Program-made: the position numbers and the translations under genes
NCBI RefSeq assembly: GCF_011745625.1
Contig: NW_027191459.1
Coordinates: 62,001 to 126,000 of the forward strand
Length of the DNA: 64,000 nt
Reading direction: 5' to 3'
DNA from: Cladosporium halotolerans
Lineage: Eukaryota
Notes under the pieces: generated by a model
Seen by the model: only the letters and a program-made list of their open reading frames with translations
Told to the model about the DNA's origin: nothing
The model's database searches: none
Shown here: positions 12,727 to 24,243 of the stretch, piece after piece
Layout: the number at the start of each line of letters is the position of its first letter
Numbering within the stretch: position 1 is the stretch's first letter

Positions 12727-15700
12727 TTACACGGCTTGGTATTTGCGCAGCTGTTCAAACTCATCAGCAAATGGCTCTCGGAAAGGAATGCATAGCCAGC
12801 AAAAGCGGGAGGAAAACTTACATCCAATGTCAACGCGCGACTCGAATTCACGCCCTGATCCCTCATAACACCAACCAAAGTCTCACTCTCCTGGAACAAG
12901 CCAGCCTTGAGCGAGATGACGACAAACTGCATTCCGGGGCCAGCTTTCTCCCTTACATAGCTCGCCAGGCGGAGTGTGTTCGCAACATCAAGCGCGGCGT
13001 CAACCTCATCAAGGACGAAGAAAGGACTAGGCGCGTATGTATGGATGGCGAAAAGTAGAGCGAGCGCGGCCATGGTCTTCTCACCACCAGACAGGTGCTC
13101 CATGTCACGGAAGCGCTTGCCAGGTGGCGTGGCGTGGTATTTGACGCCGGAGAGGTAGGGCTCGTCTTCCTCCTCGACGTCGAGGTAGGCTTGGCCACCA
13201 AGTGGCCATGAGCTGGACTTGGTAAGGTCTTTGTAGACGGGGGCGATCTGGTCCTTGATGTGGTTGAAGGCTTTGTTAAAGAGCTCCATGCGACGTTGCT
13301 GGATCCTCTGGAACTCGTGGTTGGCCTTCTTGAAGGATTTGCGAGAGTCATTAAACTCGCGCTCGACGGCCTGAAGCTTCTCACTTGTCTGCTCGAGACG
13401 ATCGGCGCTGCGCATGTTCGGTGCCATCTTGTCGAGCTCAGATTGGATGTTAGCAATCTTCTCGGCAAGCGTGTTCTCAGTATCCTCGGAATATTCATCT
13501 GTGAGGTCATCGTCCAGGTCGGCAAAAGAAGGATGGATGCCGTAGTCATTGACCTTTGGAGCGCGCTGGCTGAGTGGCTCGCCATCAACGTCCATTGAGT
13601 CCTCATCTTCATCGCCAAGTACCTGCTCCTCGAGCGGGAGGCTGTCGAGCTTGCGGCTGCCTCGTTCGAGAGGCAGATCGATATTCTCGACTTTGCAGTT
13701 TCGCAACACGCCATATCTCGAAGTTGTAGCCTGCGTGACGTTTGCCTCGAGGGCTGTAACAGCATCAAGGGTCTTCGAAACATTCTTCGACTTTCTCTTG
13801 ACCTCTGCCCGAGCCTCGTTAACGCGCTCGCCTCGTCGTTCGTATTCAGCCTTGAGCTCAGCGAGCTGCTCGTTCAACTGCTCAATCTCAGCGTTCAGAA
13901 TATCAAGCTCGCCACCAACCTCCTCCTTCTCAGCTTCCAGCGCCGCAATCAGATCGCGATCGCGCTGACTGCTGGCGTTGATCATTTGAATTCGAGAGTC
14001 AGTGCTCTTTAGTCGATTCGTCTCGAAGCCGAGCTGAGTCTTCAGGCGCGAAATCTGGGTCTTGAATTGAACCTCCTTCTCCTTTGACTCCTGCTGCAAG
14101 CTGCCCTGCTGACGTTCATAATCGCGAATGTCAGAGTAACCGAGACGCTGACAGAAGCCGCCGAAGATTTCATCCTCAATCTCGGCGATGGACGAAGTGT
14201 ATTCCTCGAGCTGTTGACGAAGGCCTTCCAAACCGCGAGCTTGCTCATTGTACTTTGGCAGCGTTTCGTTGAGCTGTGATCGGGCGAACTCCAACTCTCG
14301 GGTCTTGGAGTCAATGTTGCGTTTCAATGCGTCGAGCTCTTCTTGTGCGTACTGCAGCTTCTGCTGCAGACCAGACAGATCGGAGCGGAGGTGCTCTTCC
14401 TCGATCTGGCGCTTGTGATCGTTAGGCAAAGCATCGAGGTCACCACGAAGCTTCTCGACCAGCGTCCGCAGGTTCTCTACTTCAGCATCTTCCCACACGC
14501 GCTTGCGCTCGCCTGGGTTCTCGCCACCAGAAATGAGATCTCCTTTCGTGATGCTGCGGCCATCGATAGTAACCATCTTGACATCAACCTTGCGGTTCCA
14601 CTTCAGGTCGCGAGCTACACTCCACTCATCACAGATCATAGCATCGCCACAGGCAAAGCTGACAGCTCGCTCGAGAGAGCTGTCGAACTCAACGGCGTCC
14701 ACGGCCAGCCGAGCGCCACGGTGCAAGCCCCGGTAGTTGGCGTTCGGCTGCTTGTGCACAATAGTGTCGAGCGGGACGAAGGCCATGGTACCAAATCGCT
14801 GAGACTTGAGGTAGTCGATGCATTCCTTCGCGGTCTTCTCGGAGTCCGTGACGACGGCGTCCCACCAGCGACCAAGGACGATCGGGAGTGCAGTCTCGTA
14901 CTTCTTCTGCTTGGGTCGAACGAGCTGATGGACCATGCCCTTGACACCAGGGAAGATACGCTTCATTTGTGCCACGGTCTCGCGCTGGCGTGCTTCTTTG
15001 TGAGACTCGCGTTGCTGAGACCGCCCTTCTTGAAGCTTTGACCCAGCTTGTTGAAGCTTTTCTTCCAGCTCCTTGGCCTTTTGACGTGTGCGGGTACGCT
15101 CGCTGTTCAGGTTGTTTATGGCGGCCTGCTTGGCGCGAAGCTCCTTGTTCGTTGCCTTGACCTGCTGCTCGCGTTCTGTTCGTCGTTGTTGGAGCGAATC
15201 AATGTCTTCTTCAAGACCGCCGATTGTACTCTGCGAACGATCCACTGTGGACTTGAGCGAGTTGACCGTTTCCTCATCGGTCTTCAATTGACGGGTGATG
15301 TTGTCAACTTTGACTTGGTCTTCTCCAGACCGTTTGTAGACTTCGCCTCGGAGACGCTGGTACTCTTCCATGTCTTCTGCACTCAGAGCGCGACCAGCCT
15401 GTTGCTGCTGCGCAGTCCACTCTTTCTGCCATCGGTCTTGCGCTTTCTCCGTGGTAGCCAGGTCCTTTTTGAGCTTGTCTGCTAGGGTCTGCTGAGTCTG
15501 ACGCTCTTTGCGGACGTCGTCAATTTGTTTCTCGTACGTCTTCAGTTTCTTGTTCGAAATGCTGAGCTTCTCATCGATTGGCACCAGCGCATTTTCCTTC
15601 TCTTCAACGCTCTTTTCTCGGCGCTTGAGATCGCGCTCGACCTTGCTCACATCCCTGCCGACCTTTGCCTGATCCTGCTGTGCCTTTGCGAGCTGATCCT

Positions 15701-16592
15701 CAAACTTCTGGACATTCCGTCTAAACTCTTTGAGCTCTTCCTGATGCTTCTGGATCTCGGCCGTGCTGTCTTCGATGGTGCGCTGGAAGTGGTACAGCTT
15801 GAAGAGAACGCTGGTGACGACTGCCTGATCCTTCTCGGCGCGCTTCTGCTCAAAAGAGTCCAGCTCGTCTTTTTGCTGCTGGTATGCCCTGATCTCGGAA
15901 TTGATGCCGCGTCGCAGCTCCATCTTCTCCTTCTGAGTGTTCTCGGCCTTCGCGGCCTCAGCTTTGAGTCTGTCGTACTCTTTGGAATATTCGAGCGACC
16001 CACTGATCTGTTCCAGAAGGCGAGTGAGATCCCTGGGTGACTGCGAGGCAACCGCCTCCACGTCACCTTGAAAGACCAGGAAATTGCGCGCTTTGATGAG
16101 AATGTTCTCGGCTTCCAGCGCATCGTTGTACTGTTTCGCATTCACGGGTCGGTTGTTGATTCGGTACTCGCTTTGGCCAGAGGAAGTGATGCTGCGCTTC
16201 CATCGCTGCTCCTCACCCGCGTCGTCTTCGTAGACCGCCATGACCCACGCAGTCTTGGGATCGTTGCGCTGAGTGCTGGTCTGGGTGTCTTGCTCGTCCT
16301 CACCCATCTCCGCAGCTCCATCCGCCTGACCATCTTCCTCCACAACATCGCCATTCGCGTCGATTTTGGAGTGCTTCAGAACACGCCCACGGTAGACCAG
16401 GTCTCTCAGATGGGTGGATCGCAAGTGAGAGGATTTAATGCCGAGCACGAAGGAGATCGCGTCCATGGAATTCGACTTGCCAGATCCATTGGGTCCAATG
16501 ATTGAGGTGAAGTACGAGTCGCCGAACTGCAGGACATGGTGACCTTTGTAAGACTTGAAGTTGAACAGCTCCAAGGCGAGAAGCTTGCCCAT
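12727..16592 (-). CDS. SMC1: Cohesin subunit SMC1; final intron 12751-12821 gives the C-terminus ...LTLDLRKYQAV*
   Basis: Walker A GPNGSGKS, coiled coils, hinge (FPGVKGMVHQL...), signature LSGGE, Walker B FFVLDEVDAALD, SMC1-type RFRDMEHLSGGEKT. Confidence 0.97.
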
Positions 16593-16741
16593 GGTGACGA
16601 TCGGGCTCGCCGGCGGCGAATCGGTTTAGCTCAGGATAGAACGAATGCGCTGATATGCGCGAAGTGCGCTGGGCTCGCTCACGGGTAGACTGCTTCGTCT
16701 GTTGTCGGGTGGTGATTGAAGTCGCCCCGCGTTTGCGATGG

Positions 16742-17030
16742 ACGCGTCTGCGGCTTCGACACGCGCGCGAGGCAGCTCAAGCACGGCAGATCAAGCACGG
16801 GCCATTAGCCCGAGCCGACCTTAACCCTAACCCTAAATCGACAACCAGGCAGCTCCAGGGTTTCGGGCCCTTGTGACGTGATGCGGTCAAGCTGCCACTC
16901 ATCGTCGCGTACCAGCGCACGAGATTCTGCCCTCATATCCTCGTCGGCAACAGCACACACGCGCGCACGCCCTACCCCCTCAGGTGGCGGGTCACGCGAG
17001 TAAAAGCGTCAGAATCTTCAAAACACGCGT
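16742..17030. promoter_or_regulatory. Divergent SMC1/GPC1 promoter with two MCB-type ACGCGT boxes (16742-16747, 17025-17030) and further CGCG cores
   Basis: Exact ACGCGT hexamers are present. MCB control of cohesin genes at G1/S is established in yeasts; function here is inferred. Confidence 0.45.
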
Positions 17031-17293
17031 GTCAGTCAAATGCGCACACTATAAGCACCCGTAAGCCCTCGATCGCGCTTCCCTGCTGTATGTCGTACAA
17101 TAACAACAAACCAAAGACTGGTGGACAAGACTTACGACTCATAATGTTACGACCCTACTAACTCCTCTCCTTCATCAGTAAGATTCCACCAGCTCTCCTT
17201 GACCTCGCCTCACCTTGATCGCCCATATCTTTGGCGGTCACCGCTTTTCATTTCAATAAAGCATCAGACTGCGACGAAGATCAGCATAGCAAC

Positions 17294-19012
17294 ATGGACG
17301 ACGAGCGCCCGAAACCAAGAACCTCAACTTCAAATCCTCCGGAAGAACTAGATCAGATGGCGGCCGCAAAGGAGGAATCGCTTAAGCCGGTCGCGGGTGA
17401 GAGCGCATTCTCTCAAGAGTCGGGCGATTACCTGAACGCTGGGTCTTCCTCAGCGTACGGTGGTAGTACGCCAGGGACGCCTGGTTTGACCACAACGATC
17501 AGCAACTCCGACTCAAGCAGTTTCGATACCTTTGGAAATGACAACTTTCCCCCTCTGGACCGCTTGACCATGTTCGACCTCCTCGAGAACCTTTCACTAC
17601 CGCAACGCCTTGAGAAAATGCAAAATGCGCTTAGCCAGCAAGCCGAAAAAGTCCGCGTGCAAAGACGAAAGATTGCCAGCCGTGCGCAGTCAGGCAAGGA
17701 CAATATTGTGGAAGAATGGAGGAAGCGGGTGCCTATTGGACCGGAAGAGCAGCTTGAGAAGTACCGGAAGCGCATGCGATCGACGGTGGATAAACTGAAT
17801 AAGCGATTCAACGATGCGAAGACCGTCACTCTGGGCGAAAAGATCAGCTTCGTCACGTCTGTGCTGAACATATTCATCAGCGGATGGATCATCGGAGCAT
17901 GGCCAGAGATCTTTCATCTTTGGTACACGGCGCAACTGGCCTATTACATGCCTATTAGATGGTACAGGTACCACAAGATCGGCTACCACTATTTCTTGGC
18001 CGACTTGTGTTATTTCGTCAACCTCCTATTGATTCTCAGCATCTGGTTCTTCCCGCAGTCTAAGAGACTGTTTATCAGCACGTACTGTCTGTGTTTCGGC
18101 AACAACGCAGTGGCCATAGCAATGTGGCGGAATAGTCTCGTCTTCCACAGTCTGGACAAAGTCACGAGGTATACCTTTTCGCAATTGTACCCATAGAGCA
18201 TTTTGCTAACGAATCACAGTCTCTTCATCCACATCATGCCCTGCGCAACCTTGCACGTAATGGTCCACCTCCTCCCACGCGAAATGCAAGAAGCACAATT
18301 CCCGGCCGTCGCAACAATCAAATACTCCCAACCCGGCTCGCCCGAACACTACTCGCTCGGCGCGATGATCATCTGGGTCACGCTTCCCTATGCCATCTGG
18401 CAGCTCAGCTACCACTTCCTGATCACCGTGCGCAAGCGCAGCAAAATTGCCGCCGGCAACCCGACCTCCTTCACCTTCCTGCGCAAGAGCTACGCCAAGA
18501 ATCCGCTCGGCAAATTTGTCCTTTCTTGCCCTGATAGCCTGCAAGAGCCCGTATTCATGTGCATTCAGTACAGTTACGCGCTGCTCACTATGATTCCCTG
18601 TCCGCTATGGTTCTGGTACCGCTGGGCTTCGTCGGCGTTCATGATGGTTGTGCTTGCGTGGGCGAGCTGGAACGGCGCGACTTTCTACATTGATGTTTTC
18701 GGCCGTCGCATGGAGAAGGAGCTCAATGCGTTGAAGAAGGAGGTTCAACAGATGACGAAGTCCCCAAATATCGAAGGCATGTCAAATATTGGCTCGCCTG
18801 TCGGTTCCCCGGCGGGTCCGGCGGGCAAAGATGGCAATGTATCCGGCAGCATGACGAGTGCTCTGGATCTTGGACCGCCTGCCAGCGCAGATTCGAATGA
18901 TTCGACGCAGAAGCGTGGCAAGGGCACAGATACCATGCCTATGATCGATGGCGGTGTGACGGAGGTCAGTGGAGAGAAGGCTGGTGATGCGGAGGATTCG
19001 AAGAAGAAGTGA
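17294..19012 (+). CDS. GPC1: Glycerophosphocholine acyltransferase (Gpc1 / DUF2838); intron ~18169-18219
   Basis: FPPLDRLTMFDLLENL, EKISF, YHYFLADLCYFVN, AMWRNSLVFHSLDKVT|SLFIHIMP, WNGATFYIDVFG. Confidence 0.92.
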
Positions 19013-20571
19013 TCTTGTTTCCCTATCGGATGGGCTCGTTGGGTCGAGGAATCTGTGGCACATTGGAGCAACCTTGCTTTCGCATTCGCTTCCGGTGGGA
19101 GGAGCTCTTGAATCAGCAAGGTGTTTTGGAGCGTTGGAATCTGGGTAATCGAGTCGTCGGATCAGGTGGCATAACACCCTTCGTAGATTGATATAGCTGA
19201 CTTTTTCATCTAAATGATCTTGGCATTATATCCTCTCATCTGATACTGTTGGAACATGCCTGTGACATCGTATAACCCTCAGCCTGATGACCGAAATGAT
19301 TTTCTTGGCCAGGTTGACCACCTGGAGCCTAATCCTGGCGTATTGCCTGTTTCGACCAGGCAGAATGGCCGAACAATCGGAACTTCATCTCACTGGTCAC
19401 GTACGGTCTGGCCGATGCAGGCGAATTTTGAAACCGAATTTCCCCTATCTATATTGCCCTGACCAAGACAGCACAGGTCAAATAGCTCACTAGCTTGCCC
19501 CAGAATCCTATGTCCTCGAATACAGTTCCTTTGCAAAGCATAAGGAAACTCAGCCGAAAGACATATCGGACAAGTCCCAAAGAACGGTTCTTTGGTGTAA
19601 TGGCAATCGAGGCACACACAGAATCACTTTCGGCTGCAGTGCTGATCGCCCGCCGACAAATAGAGAAAATTCACAAGGATGTCACAATCAACTGGCATGG
19701 TGCGCATGGAGAACATGATCGACATGTGTTCTCGAAGCAACCCCTCCAATCGTAGACTGCCGATGCTTCACCGTTCGTGGAGAGACTGGAGCACGAGCCC
19801 GATCAGCCAAGGTCTGCAGTGTGATCGGCGTACACGACTGCACGTGTTGCGCGAGAAAGGACCCGCGATCTTTGTACCTGGTGTAAAATCGCCGTTATCA
19901 AACTTTCAGGTCTGAGCGGGGATTGACAGCACGATTCACATTTGCCATTGGCCTTCGCCTAAGGAAAGTCAAAGAGGAAGGTCGTATTTCATTGACGTTG
20001 GCGTTTGGCCTGTGTGGGAAGGTGAAGTCGAACCTCGGTTCTGAGTTTGGGCCATCGAGAGCCCCACAGGGCGCCAGGAACACACGAGCCGGTGGCGGCA
20101 AGGCGGCAATGCTTATCTCCAACCACATTGCTTCTTATTCACAAGCTCTGTGACACACATGATAAAGTTGTATACGGTATCTGCCATGCCCGCAAGCGAG
20201 GAACTTTCGCTCACTACGCACACTTCAACCAGCCTACTGCAGCCCCGTGCTTTAAGCAGTGAGGTACTACCATGCCACGGTTGATCGCGTGATAACAGGC
20301 CATTAAGATCGTGCTCACACCTTCCTTATCCGGCGCAGGGTCCGAGGTAGTGATATGCGAAATGCAACGCTACTATGCGGCTAAACGATGCCTGCAGATG
20401 CTTGCCCACTGACAAGCCGTCGCCCGGTCCTTCCTTAGCGAAGCTTGGTCGCGAGCTTCGCGCGCGGTAAGTAAATAAATGTCGTCTGTCGCTCCTCAAG
20501 AAGATCGCCTTCAAGTGTTCGTCTGCCACTCCGTCTCTTCTTAGCATCCATAGACGGCCATACACTCCCTA

Positions 20572-22536
20572 ATGGCGGCCCGCACGCTCGCATTCTGCGC
20601 CATTGGCGCCTTCATCGGCGCTGAGGCTCTGCCCACGACCTCATCGTCCAACTACCTCGTCAAGGAGCGCCACGCCGTCCCCAATGCCTGGACGGCCGCT
20701 GGTCGTGCTGACAAAAGGGAGTCGATCAATCTTCAGATCGGTCTCAAGCAGCGCAACGAGGGAGTAGTCGAGCGCCATCTCATTGAGGTCTCGGATCCTG
20801 ACCACGAGCGCTACGGCCAGCACCTCACTGTCGACGAGATCGCGGACATTGTTCGCCCTCACGAGGACAGCGTTTCCCAGGTCCACAGCTGGCTCGTCGA
20901 GCACGGTATTGACGACATCGACTACTCGCCCGCCAAGGACTGGATCTCTCTCGTCATCCCCATCGAGAAGGCCGAGGAACTGCTTCAAACCACCTACAGC
21001 AAGTTCCAGCACCGCAACGGCGAGACCATCTCCCGTGCCCCGGAATGGTCTCTTCCGGCTCACCTACACGAGCACATCGACGTCGTCCAGCCTACCACCT
21101 CTTTCTTCAAGCCTAGAGGCGAGGTCGTGACCAAGTCTTCTGGTCCGGTAATCGATGAGGCGGTTGACCAGACCTGGTGGGAGACCACTGGCAAACACCA
21201 GTACGGCGAGCACCACGCAAAGGGCGACGTCAGCGACCCGTCCTTCTGCAACGTCAGCTTCACCACCCTCGACTGCCTGCGCACTCTGTACGGCACCATC
21301 GACTACGAGGCCAAGGCCGTCGACAAGAACAGCATCGGCATCAACAACTACTTGAACGAGACCAGCCGCCGTGACGACGCTGCCCAGTTCCTGAAGGAGT
21401 TCCGCCCCGAGGCTGCGCAGGCTGCGTACGACTTCGAGTTCGAGATCATCAACAACGGCTCTAACTACCAGGGTCCCAACCTCACCTACGTCCGCGAGCA
21501 AGGCACCGATGTCGAGGGCAACCTTGATGCTCAGCTCGTCATCGGTATGAGCTACCCAACCAAGATGAAGGCTTACAACACCGGTGGAATGCCTCCTTTC
21601 AAGCCCAGCATCAGCACCCCGACGGATACCAACGAGCCGTACCTGACATTCCTGAATTACGTCCTTGCCCAGAAGGAGCTCCCGTATGTCATCAGCAGCT
21701 CCTACGGCGATGACGAGCAGACCGTCCCCTACTCTTACGCCAAGCGTGTCTGCGCCGGGTTCGCTCAGCTCGGTGCTCGTGGTATCTCCTACATGGTTTC
21801 CTCCGGTGACGCCGGTGTTGGCGCCGACGGCACTTGCTACTCCAACGACGGCCTGAACACCACCAAGTTCACTCCTGTAAGTCTCTTGCATTTAGAGGAG
21901 CTTCCCACATTTTCCAGATTGCTAACCTCCAATCAACAGGACTTCCCCACCTCCTGCCCCTGGGTCACCTCCGTCGGCGGCACCGCCAACTTCGCCCCCG
22001 AGACCGCCGTCGAGCGCTTCGCCTCCGGCGCCGGCTTCAGCAACTACTTCGGCGCGCCGGACTACCAGCAGAAGACCGTCAACAAATACGTCAAGAGCCT
22101 CCACGGCCAATTCGACGGCCTCTACAACAAGACCGGCCGCGCGTACCCCGACGTCGCGGCGCAGGGCAACCACGACGTGATCGTCTGGGCGGGCACCGTT
22201 AGGACCGTGGGCGGCACGTCCGCTTCCAGCCCGACGTTTGCGGCGATCATTGCTCTTGTGAACGATGCTCTGCTCGCTGCGGGCAAGAAGCCCCTCGGTT
22301 TCCTCAACCCGTGGCTGTACAGCAAGGCACACAAGACTTTCACTGATGTGACCATCGGGTCGAGCTATGGCTGCAACACCACTGGTTTCCCGGCGCAGAA
22401 GGGCTGGGATGCTGTCACTGGTTTCGGCACTCCTGTAAGTCATGATCGATCTTCTTGGTTAGGTGCTTTTGAACATGTGCTGACAGTTGGATCACAGAAC
22501 TTCCCCGAGCTTGTCAAGGCAGCCTTTAAGAAGTGA
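20572..22536 (+). CDS. Secreted tripeptidyl-peptidase / sedolisin (family S53) with pro-kumamolisin domain; introns ~21877-21939 and ~22435-22497
   Basis: Signal peptide; prodomain VSDPDHERYGQHLT; catalytic EGNLD, SSGDAG, GTSASSP; GRAYPDVAAQG; Ca-binding WDAVTGFGTP. Confidence 0.95.
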   Translation: MAARTLAFCAIGAFIGAEALPTTSSSNYLVKERHAVPNAWTAAGRADKRESINLQIGLKQRNEGVVERHLIEVSDPDHERYGQHLTVDEIADIVRPHEDSVSQVHSWLVEHGIDDIDYSPAKDWISLVIPIEKAEELLQTTYSKFQHRNGETISRAPEWSLPAHLHEHIDVVQPTTSFFKPRGEVVTKSSGPVIDEAVDQTWWETTGKHQYGEHHAKGDVSDPSFCNVSFTTLDCLRTLYGTIDYEAKAVDKNSIGINNYLNETSRRDDAAQFLKEFRPEAAQAAYDFEFEIINNGSNYQGPNLTYVREQGTDVEGNLDAQLVIGMSYPTKMKAYNTGGMPPFKPSISTPTDTNEPYLTFLNYVLAQKELPYVISSSYGDDEQTVPYSYAKRVCAGFAQLGARGISYMVSSGDAGVGADGTCYSNDGLNTTKFTPVSLLHLEELPTFSRLLTSNQQDFPTSCPWVTSVGGTANFAPETAVERFASGAGFSNYFGAPDYQQKTVNKYVKSLHGQFDGLYNKTGRAYPDVAAQGNHDVIVWAGTVRTVGGTSASSPTFAAIIALVNDALLAAGKKPLGFLNPWLYSKAHKTFTDVTIGSSYGCNTTGFPAQKGWDAVTGFGTPVSHDRSSWLGAFEHVLTVGSQNFPELVKAAFKK

Positions 22537-23211
22537 TGGTCGCTTTGAACTTCTCGCACGATGACACGAAAGACGAAGATACATCCTGAGCGGCACTGCC
22601 TGCATTATTTGAAGCGCATTCGCTGAATTGAACGAGCTTGCACGTACTAGCCGCGTAGGAAGCACGACAAAACGAACTATTATGGCAATCAGTCTCTCAA
22701 AAGTACACGGATCCCGTCTCTCAAACCCCCTTTGATCGTCTCGTGCTAGGTGACAAGCCCGCGTGCGAATTGTCGTATTCCAAACTGTCCATCAAATTGC
22801 CTGCTCGTTTGGATGAGTAAGGCGAATGAAAAGGTAAGGATTCATGCTTGTTGGCCGCTCCGTATGGCGAAGCAGATGTGTTGGTTCTGGATTTGTATAG
22901 AAATACACTTATATGGTACACGTCTCCTCCGAGCGCTCGACCTCAGACACTCAAGTCGAAATGTGCCCTTGCCCGGGTCTCGTCCATTCGATGACCGGGT
23001 CCCACAGGTAGCAGCCACGCATGATGACACATGTGAGCTGTGGTAGCTTTGGGAATTTCCAAACCATTTAAATCGCCCGACCAGAAAACGATGCGCTGGC
23101 GTGGAAGTTCGCCAGAAAACCTGTCCATGTCAAGAACGCCTGTGTATATGCTCTTCCTCTTGCTTTTCCTGACCCGCGTCTTCTCCAAACGTTTTCGTCA
23201 TCTTCTCGGTT

Positions 23212-23827
23212 TTACTCTGCCTTCGGCTTCTTCGTACCGTACTTCGATCGGGCAGTCACGCGGTTTCCGACACCACCCTAAGCGTGTCAGTCCGCCATAC
23301 CAAACACATCCAAAGGAAACTGATGCTGGGCAATACTCACCAGATCGAAAGCGCCTCTGACTAAGTGGTACTTCACACCAGGACAATCCTGACTTCTACC
23401 ACCACGCACCAGCACGACCGAATGCTGCTGCACATTGTGACCTGCCATCGCCAATCAGCCTCTCGTTCTCCAACAAACCACTTTATCCTCCCTCCGAGAA
23501 AATCTCACCTTCACCCGGAATATACGCCGTGATAACCTTCCCACTGCTCAACCGAACCCTCGCGACCTTCCTCTCGCCCGAATTGGGCTTCTTCGGCTTC
23601 GTAGTGCCCACGCGCAAACACACGCCTTTCATCTCCGGGCGGTCGACGAGCGCGGGCGAAGTCGGCTTGCGCGCACGCTGCTCGACTCGGCAGCCGCGCA
23701 GGACTTGGTTGTAGGTTGCGCTTAGTGAGGGGGTGGTGGTGAATGTGCGGCGGGCGAGGGGCGAGGCGGATTTTGAGAAGGGTGTGAGCGCAGGGCGCAG
23801 GAGGGTGGCGAGGAGTTTGCTGGCCAT
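23212..23827 (-). CDS. MRPS12: Mitochondrial ribosomal protein uS12; 2 introns
   Basis: Targeting-like N-terminus, then [61 protein letters not shown]...[12 protein letters not shown]. Confidence 0.95.
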
Positions 23828-24243
23828 TTTGGGCGGTGGGAGCGTACGTGGGCGGGTCTGTGGTGCTAGAGGCGGCGGAAGGCGATGAAGTTGGTGAAGT
23901 TGGAGGTTCGGAGCCGATTCGAGATGGTCTGTGCGTGGATGGGACTGGGAGGAGGGCACGTGAAGATCGATTCCGCGAACGATGGAATGATAACTTGATT
24001 TCGCTGGTGCAACATTAACTTGCGAATTGAATGGTTGGTGATGAATTCGATTCGAACGATCCGTGGTATAGTACATTTTCCGCAAGCTATGATAATGCTA
24101 CAGGATCAGAAGCGAAAATTCATCGAGCAACCCCGTCGATAGATAGCCATTCCGCCACAGCCATTAAAAGTTTCATCACCAACAGCGCCGTCGCTAAAAA
24201 TGATCGAGAGCTATAATACCCTTCTACAATCACCTCACCACAA

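Noticed and set aside
19200..20560. Possible gene between GPC1 and the sedolisin
   Set aside because: Only short ORFs with no motifs or convincing splice structure.
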